This document shows, piece by piece, positions 12,960 through 23,563 of a stretch of DNA of 64,000 nt (position 1 is its first letter; the number at the start of each line of letters is the position of its first letter). The stretch covers positions 22,382,001-22,446,000 of the forward strand of contig CDPCPM010000106.1 in NCBI GenBank assembly GCA_976551045.1, written 5' to 3'. The position numbers were made by a program, and so were the translations under genes. The DNA comes from Glaucostegus cemiculus (lineage: Eukaryota). The notes below the pieces were generated by a model, which saw only the letters and a program-made list of their open reading frames with translations, had not been told where the DNA came from and did not search any database.

Positions 12960-13193
12960 GAGCTAAAGGAATCATTGTCACACACTAAAACAGATATTGA
13001 TGACGTGGATTTTGATATCCAGCTGTTTAATTCTGAAAGTACTCAAGACTTCAGCCCTCAACAAAGCAGACAGTTGCATAAACAATTAAATGAGACACAC
13101 AGGTTGTTCATAGATACTTCTATGAAAACTGAGGTACAAACAGAAGCACCAGCTCTTCAATTTCAGGATAAAGTACCTGTGGAATCCAAGAAG
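12960..13193 (+). CDS. MACF1: MACF1 exon (ELKESL...FDIQLFNSESTQDFSPQQ...SKK), 234 nt, phase 0-0
   Basis: Long pyrimidine tract ending ctag|GAG, donor AAG|GTTTGG. Matches human FDIQFFISEHAQDLSPQQ. Confidence 0.88.
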
Positions 13194-13454
13194 GTTTGGA
13201 CCAGCCAGCTATTAAATTTAATATACAACAGTTTAAAACCTCAGAACACATTTCTAAAGCTAATTGTCAAATGGGATATAATGCATTAATCAGGGAATAG
13301 ACACAAGTGAGAACTTAATTATTTTCAATATTACAGCATGTAAACTGAATGCATATCAGGTCCAACCGGCTGAAAAAGTTAACGGGGACATTCTAGCTTG
13401 TATGTCATAGGCTGAATTTTTTCTTTTACTGTTGACAGCTCCAGACATCAAATA

Positions 13455-14000
13455 TATAAATAAATCTCCAATAATCCACTGTGCAGCAACTGGAAATCCT
13501 GATGGTTCAGCATCTGGCTCAATAGATGACATTTGTGATTTCCACTCACTGGGGACTCAGTTTGCGTGCTTCCTTTCCATTCGCCCGGTGTCTGGTGGCT
13601 GTGCTCCTTTCCAGTTGTGGCGCCCACTTCCTACTGGCCAGGGCCCTGGTTCCTGTGCTCTGTGTCTGCTCTCCGAGGCTTGGGTTCCAACCTCCACTTC
13701 CGCTCACCGGGGCTTCAGTTCCTGCTCTCCCTTTAAAGTCACGTGGCTCTGGTGGCCACCCTCCTTCGAAATTTATCTGGTTCCATTTCCCATTCTCCCT
13801 CAAGATCTACCCTGTTCTGTTTCCCACACTCCCTTTTAAACTTACTGGGATAACTAAAATGTTACGGTGTAACATCTTTTAAAAAGTGAATTAAAAGTCA
13901 ATTGGAATATCAATTAAATGACATCCGATAGTCTGGAAAATTTGCTAATCTGGCACCATCAAAGTCCCAAGTGTGCTGGATTAACAGACTCTTACTGTAA
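13455..14000. mobile_element. Possible non-autonomous Tigger/pogo-like DNA element
   Basis: The right end ...gctggattaacagactcttactgTA resembles a CAGTA-type TIR with TA target site. The left end aaatctccaataatcc is degenerate. The interior is GC-richer than the flanks. Confidence 0.35.
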
Positions 14001-15180
14001 ATAGAGTTGTATAATATTTGAATTAATTTAGAAATGAACTGGGATCTATTGGCTATTTGAGAGAAAATGTGCTTATTCAGGTGATATAAATATTGGTTGG
14101 TAGAACACCAGCTGATTTTTTAGTAAGGTTTAACATGAACTGGGCAAAACGTGCAAAATCCAAGTACGTACAAGAAATTCCATGGAATTTGAACCAGTGT
14201 TGTATTGTATATAAGTGTGATACCTAAATAGACTGTGTGGATTATTTGTGTGTCTTTTGTTCAGCTGCAATGCTTTCAGTAACCCTCTAACCAATGTTCA
14301 TTGGGTCAATCTTGTAACCTGTTTTGCCTTGCTTTTTCCAGATACTTTTGTTCCGTTAACCGCCATGGCTCACATAATGAAGATAATGCTTTGCAGTGGA
14401 TCTGAAAATGGTCATTGAAGTGTTAATTGTGGTTTTTAACTACAAGACCACATGCTAATAGTTCTTGTCATTGTCGTTCAATAACAACTGATACTTTACT
14501 GCTTCTAAAACGTATTTCTGTGAAGTCTCCACACAGTGGCTTCCCTGTGTATTTGTGACACATCTTGCTCAATTGTACTAATTCATAATGTGGTATCTGT
14601 AGTGTATCTAAGGGCTGGAGATGGGAACATATTGCTTGTGACTGCTGTTTACTTTCAAGCAGCTCTTTGAAAATTGCCTCAGCCAAATGTTCTTCACAGA
14701 TATCTGAATGTGTCATGCAAGTTTTTTATCTACATGTCACAGTACATAAATTTTTAATTGGCAACAACACCCATTGATTTTTTTTCATCTGTCATGAAAT
14801 CAAATGCATTAAAATTTAATCAACCCATTTCCATCCATCTAGTTTTATAGATCAGATTATTAGTTTTCAAGCACAGCTTTCAAAATCTTAAATATTCCAA
14901 ATCAATTCCTAATTATATTTGATTCCAAATGTGCTGGAACTGGAAATTTTGATGATTTGTAGACCATTTGTACAATTACATGCTCGTGATGGTCCTTATT
15001 GAGTTCGCTCAAGTAACATTGAAAATTTTATTGGCTTGTATCAAAAATCTGCATATATCTATTGTGTCCACCCAGCCAAAGATGTTCTATAGACATCATT
15101 TAAGTTGTATTTAAAAATGCCAGTTATGAGAATTAGCAGCACACAGATGGAAATGGGGGAATATTTTTGTTTCTTTACAG

Positions 15181-15330
15181 ACTCGACAGGAGCAACAGGA
15201 GGAATACAAGCAAAAGCTGGATGAGCTTGGTACATGGCTGACTCAGACAGCTAACGTAGTAGCCAATCACCAGGTGGCAGTTAGTGAGTGTGACCTTCCA
15301 GGTCTTCATGAGCAACAGAATGCGATTCAG
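15181..15330 (+). CDS. MACF1: MACF1 spectrin-repeat exon (TRQEQQEEYKQKLDELGTWL...AIQ), 150 nt, phase 0-0
   Basis: Acceptor ttctttacag|ACT, donor CAG|GTTTGT. Carries the spectrin helix-A tryptophan. Confidence 0.9.
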
Positions 15331-15974
15331 GTTTGTGATGATCAAAAAGCATCTTTTTTCATAAGTTTTTTATAATCAAAAAGCATCTTTTGTGTTAACT
15401 CAATCCATTTTTCCAACATCAGATTTAAAACGTGAAAAAGACAAAACCAAAGGGAAATTCTCTTTTGAAAGATAATAGCAAATATAGAATTCATTTTGCT
15501 TAACACTGGCAACTGGCATGGCTAAATTAATTCCTCTATTTATACAGGAAGTCAGTAAGAGTCTAAGAATCCTACAGACCATTTAGCATAACATTCACGG
15601 GTGAAAAAAATAAATTAAATTTTTATGTGAAAATCAACAATAAGAAAATATAAACTGAAAATATAGTTAAGTAGTCAGCACAGATTTCAAGAAGGAAGTT
15701 CCTGAGCAACTTTACTGTATATCAGAGTTCATAAGGGCACTGTAATAGTTTCAGATTTCTGAAAGATCTGTGTGATTACAGAGAAGCTGTGAACTGGATT
15801 GCAAGATGACCCTGAAATTATGATGACCAGTTGATCCTTAGTTTTAAAATAGTGAACAGTGATTCCCAGCATCCCTTCCTTTGGAATATCACTGCCCACG
15901 TTTTTCCAATGTCAGTGAGTCCCTTTAATTCCTAAAAGATAAACAGGTAATGTTGGGGATTTGGATTTAAAGGT

Positions 15975-16250
15975 AATTGAAAAACTGCAAATGCTAGAAG
16001 TCTGAAATAAACAGAGAAAACTTTGGCTCTGCAGCAGATCAGGCATTAGCTGTTCTGCTAAAAGTTCATTAACCTATAGGTTTAACTCTGTTACTCAGGT
16101 GCTGACTATCCCCAATATCCCTTCATCTGGGAATTCTTGACCTGAAACATTGACCGTCCATTTCCCTCCACAGATACTGCCTGGCAGACTGAATTCTTCC
16201 AATGGTTTGCCTTTTGCTGTGTGGATTCCAATATCTGCAGCCTCGTCCTT
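15975..16250. mobile_element. Short Penelope-derived element with inverted arms
   Basis: Left actgcaaatgctagaagtctg..cagcagatcaggca is mirrored by right ttgacctgaaacattgac..ctccacagatactgcctg..gattccaatatctgcag. Confidence 0.55.
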
Positions 16251-17227
16251 TAACTATCTTTTGACCTTACGGCCCCCAATCTTTCTGGTGGGACTATACC
16301 TGCTGCCCACCCATTCAGGGTTTATGACAACTCCATAATCTCTCTCACTCATGTTTATCTACTCTTGTAGACTCTTTGTAGAACCTTGTAGAGCAACTGC
16401 CACTTCCACCACCCCCCAACCCCCCCAGGAACCCCCAACCACCAAGACCTGCAAAGAATCTGGGCCTTAACTTAAACCCAGGCTTAAACATCTAGATGGA
16501 GTAGAAAAATGGGGATTTCTGGATGCTGTGAAGTAGTAGTATTGGCAGGCCAATTTCATTAGGAAAAAATAAAGCAAGTCTAAAGATAATTTCTAGCACT
16601 GAAAATTGGGGTATGTAAATATAGTAATAATGAATTGAAGTGGAAATTTGCAAATAAAGTAATTTACCTATGAGGGTGATTAGAATGTAGAACTTGCTAC
16701 GATGAGGAGTACACTTGACTCTCAGTTAGCTCCAGGATAACTAACTCTTGACTCCAGGATAATGAAGTGGAGCAGCTCCTTAGAAATGCATAAACACAGA
16801 TGGTGCAAAACACATTAACAGACATGAAACTTGTTGTGCCATACTTAATATTTATTAATTATGTAAAATGACTTGGAGGTTCTTCAACTGAGAGTCGATC
16901 AGCAGCTGAGAGAAAAAGACTGGCAGGCAGTTAGTCTAAGACTTTTCACAGGTGTACATCTGGAAACTTTACCAGGTCCTATATGCAGTAACTCAGTGAC
17001 CAAAACAGAATGCATCAAGTTTACTTGGGTAAAATCCTTTGGAATTTTGGGAATGATCTTTTGTTTATTTTAAAAAAAGTGTGCCCAAAACAAGGCTATA
17101 AAAATTTGGTTGATTCAGGCAGGAAGTGCATGTATATATAAGATATATTGTCAGTTTAATTTTATTTTGTCTTTTCTTTTTTCACAGAAAATCAATTAAA
17201 TTGATTTGCTGTTATGTTCCCTCTTAG

Positions 17228-17461
17228 GCATTACAAAAAGACATGCAGTCACGCGCTGCTGTTATAGAGGATGTGATCAAAGCCACAGAACATTTATTGG
17301 AGGAGAACCAGGGAAAACTGGATACTGAGGAATTGGCAAAAGTTGAAACAAAACTATTGGAAGTTAAGGCTCAGCACAAAGTCTTGAGTGAGAGTGCTGA
17401 GAAACTTCAGAAACAAGTAGACAGTGCCTTAACAAAAGCTGTCCAGCAAGAATCCGAAAAG
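17228..17461 (+). CDS. MACF1: MACF1 spectrin-repeat exon (ALQKDMQSR...QQESEK), 234 nt
   Basis: ctcttag|GCA and AAG|GTAATA. Matches human LQDDIQNR...ALQQETEK. Confidence 0.93.
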
Positions 17462-18737
17462 GTAATACCCAAGAGAAAATCTGTAGGAGTGTTGAAAGTC
17501 AGTATGGTGTATCCCCACATTATAGCAGTTCAGGTGTCAGAAATTCACCCTTATGGAATTCATAAATCACTACCAAAATATTTGAGATATGGAATAAAAG
17601 TTCATACTTCATGGAGTTTGTGAAGAAAAAAATAACTAAATAGACACAATGCAAAAGAAACAACAAATTTTGTCAAGGGCTCGCAATACGGAAAATCGTG
17701 ATATGGATGGTTTTCTAGGAACAAATGCCAACTTTAGAAATAGTAATCCACACGTATGAAAAACAGGTCCCAGTCAAAGTACAGTGGATAAGAACATAAA
17801 AGTTTTGTTATTGTAGTTGTTTTAAAATAATTTTCCTATACTTGTTAGCTTTTGAAGTAAGAAAAATGCAGCTGGACCCGGTGGCACCTGTAGCAATGCG
17901 AGCATTAGTGGTGGGTTGTGGAATTGGAGTTGGGTTTGGCCTTTAATTGGCTGAAGAGTTTGAGACAGGGCAGTGGAACTAGCTGCTGTGCAATGGGATC
18001 CTGAGCAATGAAACAATCATTGAAGTACAGAGACTGTGACTGAAAATTTTTCTGAGAGAGATTCGCAAGGTATAAGCAAGGCCACAGGATTTGTGTCACT
18101 GAAAGTGGGGGTGGTGTTGTTGGGGGTGGGTGATTGGCAATGAGACAGCAAACCTGAAGAGTGTAAGTGGAGGCAGTGGAAGTGACCGCACACGAGGAGA
18201 GAGTAGTTGATCAGGAGGTGGAGATTTGGGGGCTGTGAGGGAGAGCATGGGAAAATGAAGGTGGAAAGCAAGGGACTAGGAGGAAAGGTAGTTCAGGGGG
18301 AGGAAGCTGAGAAGAAAGTGGATCATGAAAGCAATGGAGAAAGCCAGGGCAGAGAGGAACAATGGGAGGAAGCTGAGGAAGAGGGAGTGGGTAAGATCAT
18401 ATATTTCTCTGTATGTGTTTAGTTAAAGAGTGTCAGTGTTACCTGTCTGTTCAGCAGAACCTGGTCTTCAGTATTTTCAACCTCCTTCCCATTGGACCAT
18501 GATTGTGGGCATGACCATGTATTTATCCATATGTATGTTTAATTAAAATGGTGTGCAATAGTCACAGAATTTATGCATGGAAGCCTTCCACTCATCTGAC
18601 TGAAAGTTGACCTCAATCCCAAGGGTTTGCCCAAGAGCATGAGAGAATGTTTAAATGCCACTGAAATTTTGGAAAACATCAGAGCTTCTACGAAAATTTC
18701 ATGATATCTTCAAACTAACAGAATATTGTGATTATAG

Positions 18738-19001
18738 GCCAAAGCAGAAGAGGAGCTTGAAGAAAATAAGGTAAAAATAGACGGTCTTTTGGAGTGGCTG
18801 TCAGCCCTGGGACAGCAGACAGCATCATATTCTCATCATGCACGGTCTCAGGAGGAACAGAATGAAAAGCGTGGAGTTTGCATCAACAAAGATGAATTTG
18901 ATGCATTAGGAAATGGTTTACAGCTGCAAGAGCAGAATGATGTAATGGATACACTAGCTGGGATGGGTGGAAACCTGAACCAGCAGCAACAGGCACTGAA
19001 G
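18738..19001 (+). CDS. MACF1: MACF1 exon (AKAEEELEENKVKIDGLLEWL...ALK), 264 nt
   Basis: attatag|GCC and AAG|GTATGA. Matches human ELAENKKKIDALLDWV. Confidence 0.9.
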
Positions 19002-19294
19002 GTATGAACACTCCCAGAGGTTTTGGACATGTGCACGTTTGAACAATTGCAATAATAAAAGAAAATCTCTGCTCTGTTGTTTTGACCTTAATGTCAAATA
19101 GAAATAATATTACAGCTTAAAGAGAACAACTTCTGTACGTTATCTGCTTAGATGCAAGAAATCAATGTTGGTAAACATCTGAAAATTTTGGAAATATGTA
19201 GCAGGTTAGGCAGCATTTCTGTTTCTGGAATTTTCTGTTTCTATTTCATATTTCTAACCTTTTGCAATAATTTGCTTACTAAATTTATTTTACT

Positions 19295-19895
19295 TTGAAA
19301 GCAAAATGCTGTTGGAAATCCAAAGTAAAAACAAAGTATTCAACAGGTCTTTGGAGGGAAAAACAAAATTAATGTTTCAAGTTGTCATCCTTACATCAAA
19401 ATTGGGAGAAGTCAGTGATGGACGACATTTGAGATGCAGAGATAGAGGGGGATGGGAGGAGAGAACAAAAGGGAAGGTGTGTGATAAGGATGGATAGTTG
19501 GAAAGATTAAAGAGCAGAAAAATGCATTGATGCAAGGCAGAGGAAGGTAATGACAGAACAAATTGAAGGAGGCGTACGTGGGAAAGGGCAAATTATTAAT
19601 TGGAAATAGTTTGAAAGTTGGAAATCTGAAATAAAAATGGTGAGCATTCTGACCATCCGAAACTGTCAAACATGGTGAATGTGGCTGTAATGTGGGTGGT
19701 TGGAAGATGAGGCTCTCATCACTGTGCTTGTGTGGAACTTCATCCAAACAGGTTTGGAGAATAAAGACATAAATCTGGCTGCATCTTAAAACCTTTCCCC
19801 AGTTCTGATAAAAGTAATTAAGATGAAGAAGTAGCTCTGTTTCTCCCTCCACAGATTATGTCTGAATATTTCCAGCATTTTCTGATTTTTGTTAG
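19295..19895 (-). mobile_element. Penelope-like element with an inverted terminal duplication and a GIY-YIG remnant
   Basis: The left arm resembles 5088-5400. 19680-19750 is the remnant of the LIFRLGTLQP tail. The right arm 19790-19895 (ctctgtttctccctccacagat..tttccagcattttctg) is inverted relative to the left. Confidence 0.55.
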
Positions 19896-19969
19896 CTGTG
19901 AATTTCTGTTCCTCTCCTAGCTGCCTAATCAGCTCCATTCTAATTAAACAATTTATTATGTGACAAAAC

Positions 19970-20135
19970 CAAGGTACTGCAAATGTTATATCTCTATAAA
20001 ATAATCAGCAGGTTGAGCAGTATCTGTGGAGATAAACCATTAACATTTAGCTTGGATTTTTCATCAGAACTCCTGAGCAGAACAGATCTGATGAAATGTC
20101 ACTGACGTGAAGAGTTATATCTTTCTTTCAATATA
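19970..20135. mobile_element. Short palindromic Penelope-derived element
   Basis: actgcaaatg..cagcaggttgagcagtatctgtggaga..ttcatcagaac / gatctgatgaa in inverted arrangement. Confidence 0.5.
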
Positions 20136-20324
20136 ATGACCAACTTAAGCTTGAATTGAATTTTGATTAGCCTTTGAGTGCCTTGTCCCAATCATATTCA
20201 AAGACCTACTAGATCCTCTTAAACCACATTAATAACTAAGTGCTGCAGTCTGCTCTTTGCCCTTGCCCAGTCATGCAAGTTGTAAAAGATAATGGCAACG
20301 CGATTAACTCACCAATGATGGAGC

Positions 20325-20515
20325 AGTGTTTGGTAATGGTGACCAGGGACCTGGACTAACAATCCAGAGACGTTAGTTCAAATCTCATTGTGGCAGCTTT
20401 TCTTTTTTTAAAAAAAGACTAATCTTAGTAATAATGAATCATTACAAAATCTGGGCATTGATGTTCTTCAGGGGAAGAAGGATATCCTTTCCTAGTTTGG
20501 TGACCCCAGACCTTC
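20325..20515 (+). mobile_element. Decayed tRNA-headed SINE fragment
   Basis: ctggactaacaatccagag..gttcaaatctc..ggcagc head and cttcaggggaagaagg..gaccccagacc body, typical of elasmobranch SINEs. Confidence 0.45.
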
Positions 20516-20520
20516 CAAAA

Positions 20521-20720
20521 TGTGTGGGTTTCCTCTGGGTGCTCCAGTTTCCTCCCACATTCCAAAGATGTACGGATTGGGAAGTTGTGGGCATGCTATG
20601 TTGGCGCCAGAAGCATGGCGACACTTGTGGGCTGCCCCCCCCCCCAAAATAACTATGCAAAAAATGTATTTCACTGTGTGCTTCGATGTATATGTGACTA
20701 ATAAAGATCTGATCTGATCA
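20521..20720 (+). mobile_element. 5'-truncated V-SINE
   Basis: tgtgggtttcctctgggtgctccagtttcctcccacattccaaaga V-domain. Tail ..gtgactaataaagatctgatctgatc. Confidence 0.8.
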
Positions 20721-20799
20721 CCTGTTAATAACCCACTGCATTAGCCTTGCAAGCTATTCACAACTGCCATTTTAGAACAGAAAACATCTCTGCAATGAA

Positions 20800-21960
20800 T
20801 TCTAACATGGCAAAGTCACTGCCTGACCACTCAACCTTGCAAAGTCCTCCTCATGAAGATCTATGAACTGGTTTGGAACAGCTCATGAGTAAACCTACTA
20901 GACCTTACCATAATGATCTACCAGTTGCAGATGTATCTGTTTTTGACAGCAGAAGAAGAAGCAGCTACCTCCACAGTGGAAGTGGAGTCCCATTTCACTC
21001 CAAGGGCACCAATTCTGCTGTGTGGTACCACCATGGTGCTAAATGGAATGGATTCAGGACAAATCAGGCTCAAAACTGAGTAGCCAAGAAGTGTGAAGGA
21101 CCATTAGCAGATGCAGCAGGGTAGTGTAACCTCTCATCATGAGCTCTGCCATCACAGCCAAGCCAAGGAATCAACCCTGGTTTGAGAAGGAATGCAGACA
21201 TGCATGCTAGAACAGTAGGTTCACCTATAAATGGTGCCAATCTGGTGATGTTACAACATAGGACAAAGTGCATCTGAACAGCATTCAATAGACAGAAATA
21301 AGAAATACCGCAAACAACATGTGAAATTTGAACTCTGCAGTACTGGCGTATTAAGTCATGAAAGGTGGTAGACAGTTAACCGGAGAAAGGGGCACCAAGA
21401 ATATCCTCTTTCTCAAGAGTGGCAGGTCCCAGCTTTTGAAAACCAAAGTTGAGGTTAAAACATTTGCAACCATGTTCAGCCAGCAGTGCTAAGTGGGTGA
21501 TTCACCTTGACTTCCTCCTGACACTATTACAGAAATCATCTTTGCCCAAAAATGCACAAGGACCTCAACAGGGCTGCAAAGCAGCCGGCTTGATTGGCAT
21601 CCATACACCATCCTAAGCATTTATTCACTCCACCAACATTGTGCTGAGATTGTGTGTATGCCGTCAACAGAATGAACTGCATCCAGACAACTCCAAAATG
21701 AGTGACCTTTGTCACTGAGAAGGAGATGCATGGGAACACTACTACCGTCTGCTTCCCCTCCAAGTTGCACTCCATTCCGACTGGGAAACAAATTGCCATT
21801 CATTCACCATTGCAGGGTCTAAACCCCAGAACTTCCAACCTAACAGCTATATAGGAGGATCTTCACCAGAAGGACTACAGCAGTTCAAGAAAGTACCTCA
21901 AAATGATCTTTAGGGCATTTAGACCTTGTCAGTGACACCTGCATCTTGAAAAACGAATCC
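20800..21960 (+). mobile_element. Highly decayed LINE (CR1/L2 group) with 3' tail
   Basis: The 3' portion (gcagccggcttgattggc..attcactcc..ttcccctccaag..ggactacagcagttcaagaa..ccttgtcagtgacacc) recurs at 31700-32110. Confidence 0.55.
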
Positions 21961-22772
21961 GAAAATAACAATCACGTAGAATACTTTCACCACAGCTTTT
22001 ACTTCATTTTCACTTCTGTCATTCTGTAACATATAGTGCTCAAGTTATGTTTTCATAGTGGAGGGAAATTGGGCAAGGAATATTAAGCATTTGCCAATTG
22101 GCTTTAACTTTCTTTAGTAAAGCATTGCTTAAAATGTACACAGATTATTCTTCTGTGTACATCTGGAATAATGCCACTTGAATAAAGTCTAATACATTCC
22201 AAAGAAAATTAAATAAAATGGTAAGGATAAAAAAAAATTAAGTCAGCTATGGTTGTTTTTTTTAATGTGTTAACTTGTACATCATGAAAGAATATTAAAT
22301 CCTGAAATGCAAAGATAAGAATGAGATACTTTGAAGTTCTAATGGTAAATATTTAATGACCTAAAGTTTAAATAAAGCTAAGTCTGTTTATTTGACAAGG
22401 AAGGAAATGTACATAAACATTAGGAGTAGGCAGTTTATTGTATTGTTAGTTAAAAATGTGATATATTCTAGTTATACATGCATTCTCAGGATTACTCATA
22501 ATTTTACAAATAAAAGGATCCCAAAGCTTTAATTTTATATATTTTGCCTTCACAAACTGATTTATGATCTTAAAAAATAATTGATTGGGTGTCTGATATG
22601 ATGATACTATTCAAGGTTCTAGACATAAAGCAAATCTGTGATGTAGCTCTAATGTACTTTTTTGTATGTATTTTATTTCAATTGCACTTGAGCTAAATAG
22701 AAATCTTAAATCCTCAAAGCAACTTATAACAATGAAAATGAACTTAGTACGCATTGCCTTTTTGTTTTTTAG

Positions 22773-23001
22773 GAACATCATGAAATGTTGTTATCGCAAC
22801 AGCAAGCTTTTGTATTAGCGACACAGTCAGCTCAGTCCTTTTTGGACAAACATGGCCATAATCTTTTGCCAGAAGAGAAAAAACAACTGCAGAGTAATCT
22901 GAATGATTTGAAGGAGCAGTATGAGACAGCACTGTTACATGCAGACACTCAGCTGAAACATGTTCACGCCCTACAGGAAGAACTACAAAAGTTTCTAAAA
23001 G
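22773..23001 (+). CDS. MACF1: MACF1 exon (EHHEMLLSQQQAFVLATQSAQ...LQKFLK), 229 nt, phase 0-1
   Basis: tttttag|GAA and G|GTAATT. Matches human LLSQQQNFILATQSAQAFLDQHGHNL. Confidence 0.95.
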
Positions 23002-23246
23002 GTAATTGAAAGAATTGATTTGTTTTCCAAATTCCAATACAAGTCTGTTTACTGAGAACTGAAAAGAATTGTAAAATGACACAAAGCTGCATGTGGTTTG
23101 GAATAACATGATCTGGAGATTAGCTCTAGTAATTGTTACTGAGTAAAGTCTAAATAACTTGGGACATTTTCTGACCATTTTGAAAGCTGTAAAACATATA
23201 ATAATCATCCTTATTATTTGATAACCATCTAATTTTTTTTAAATAG

Positions 23247-23563
23247 ATCATGGTGAATTTGAGGCTTGGCTAATTCAGTCTGAGTATGAACTAGAAGAGA
23301 TAAAAGCTGGTGAAATGGACTCCAATTCATTGCAAGTCAAGCTGCAGAAACAGAAGTGTTTCTCTGAAGATGTTATTTCTCACAAAGGGGATCTAAGATA
23401 TATCACAATCTCTGGGCAAAAGGTCTTGGATGCTGCAGATGCCTTCACTGAAGCTAATGCAAATGAAGATGTTAAGGCCCCTATCGATCCTTCTGTTACC
23501 AGCACACTAGTGAAGGAGAAGTTAGAAGATGCCAACAATCGTTATAGCATGCTTCATTCCAAA
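23247..23563 (+). CDS. MACF1: MACF1 exon (DHGEFEAWL...FSEDVISHKGDLRYITISGQKVLD...LHSK), 317 nt, phase 1-0
   Basis: aaatag|AT and AAA|GTATGA. Highly conserved MACF1/DST motif. Confidence 0.95.
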
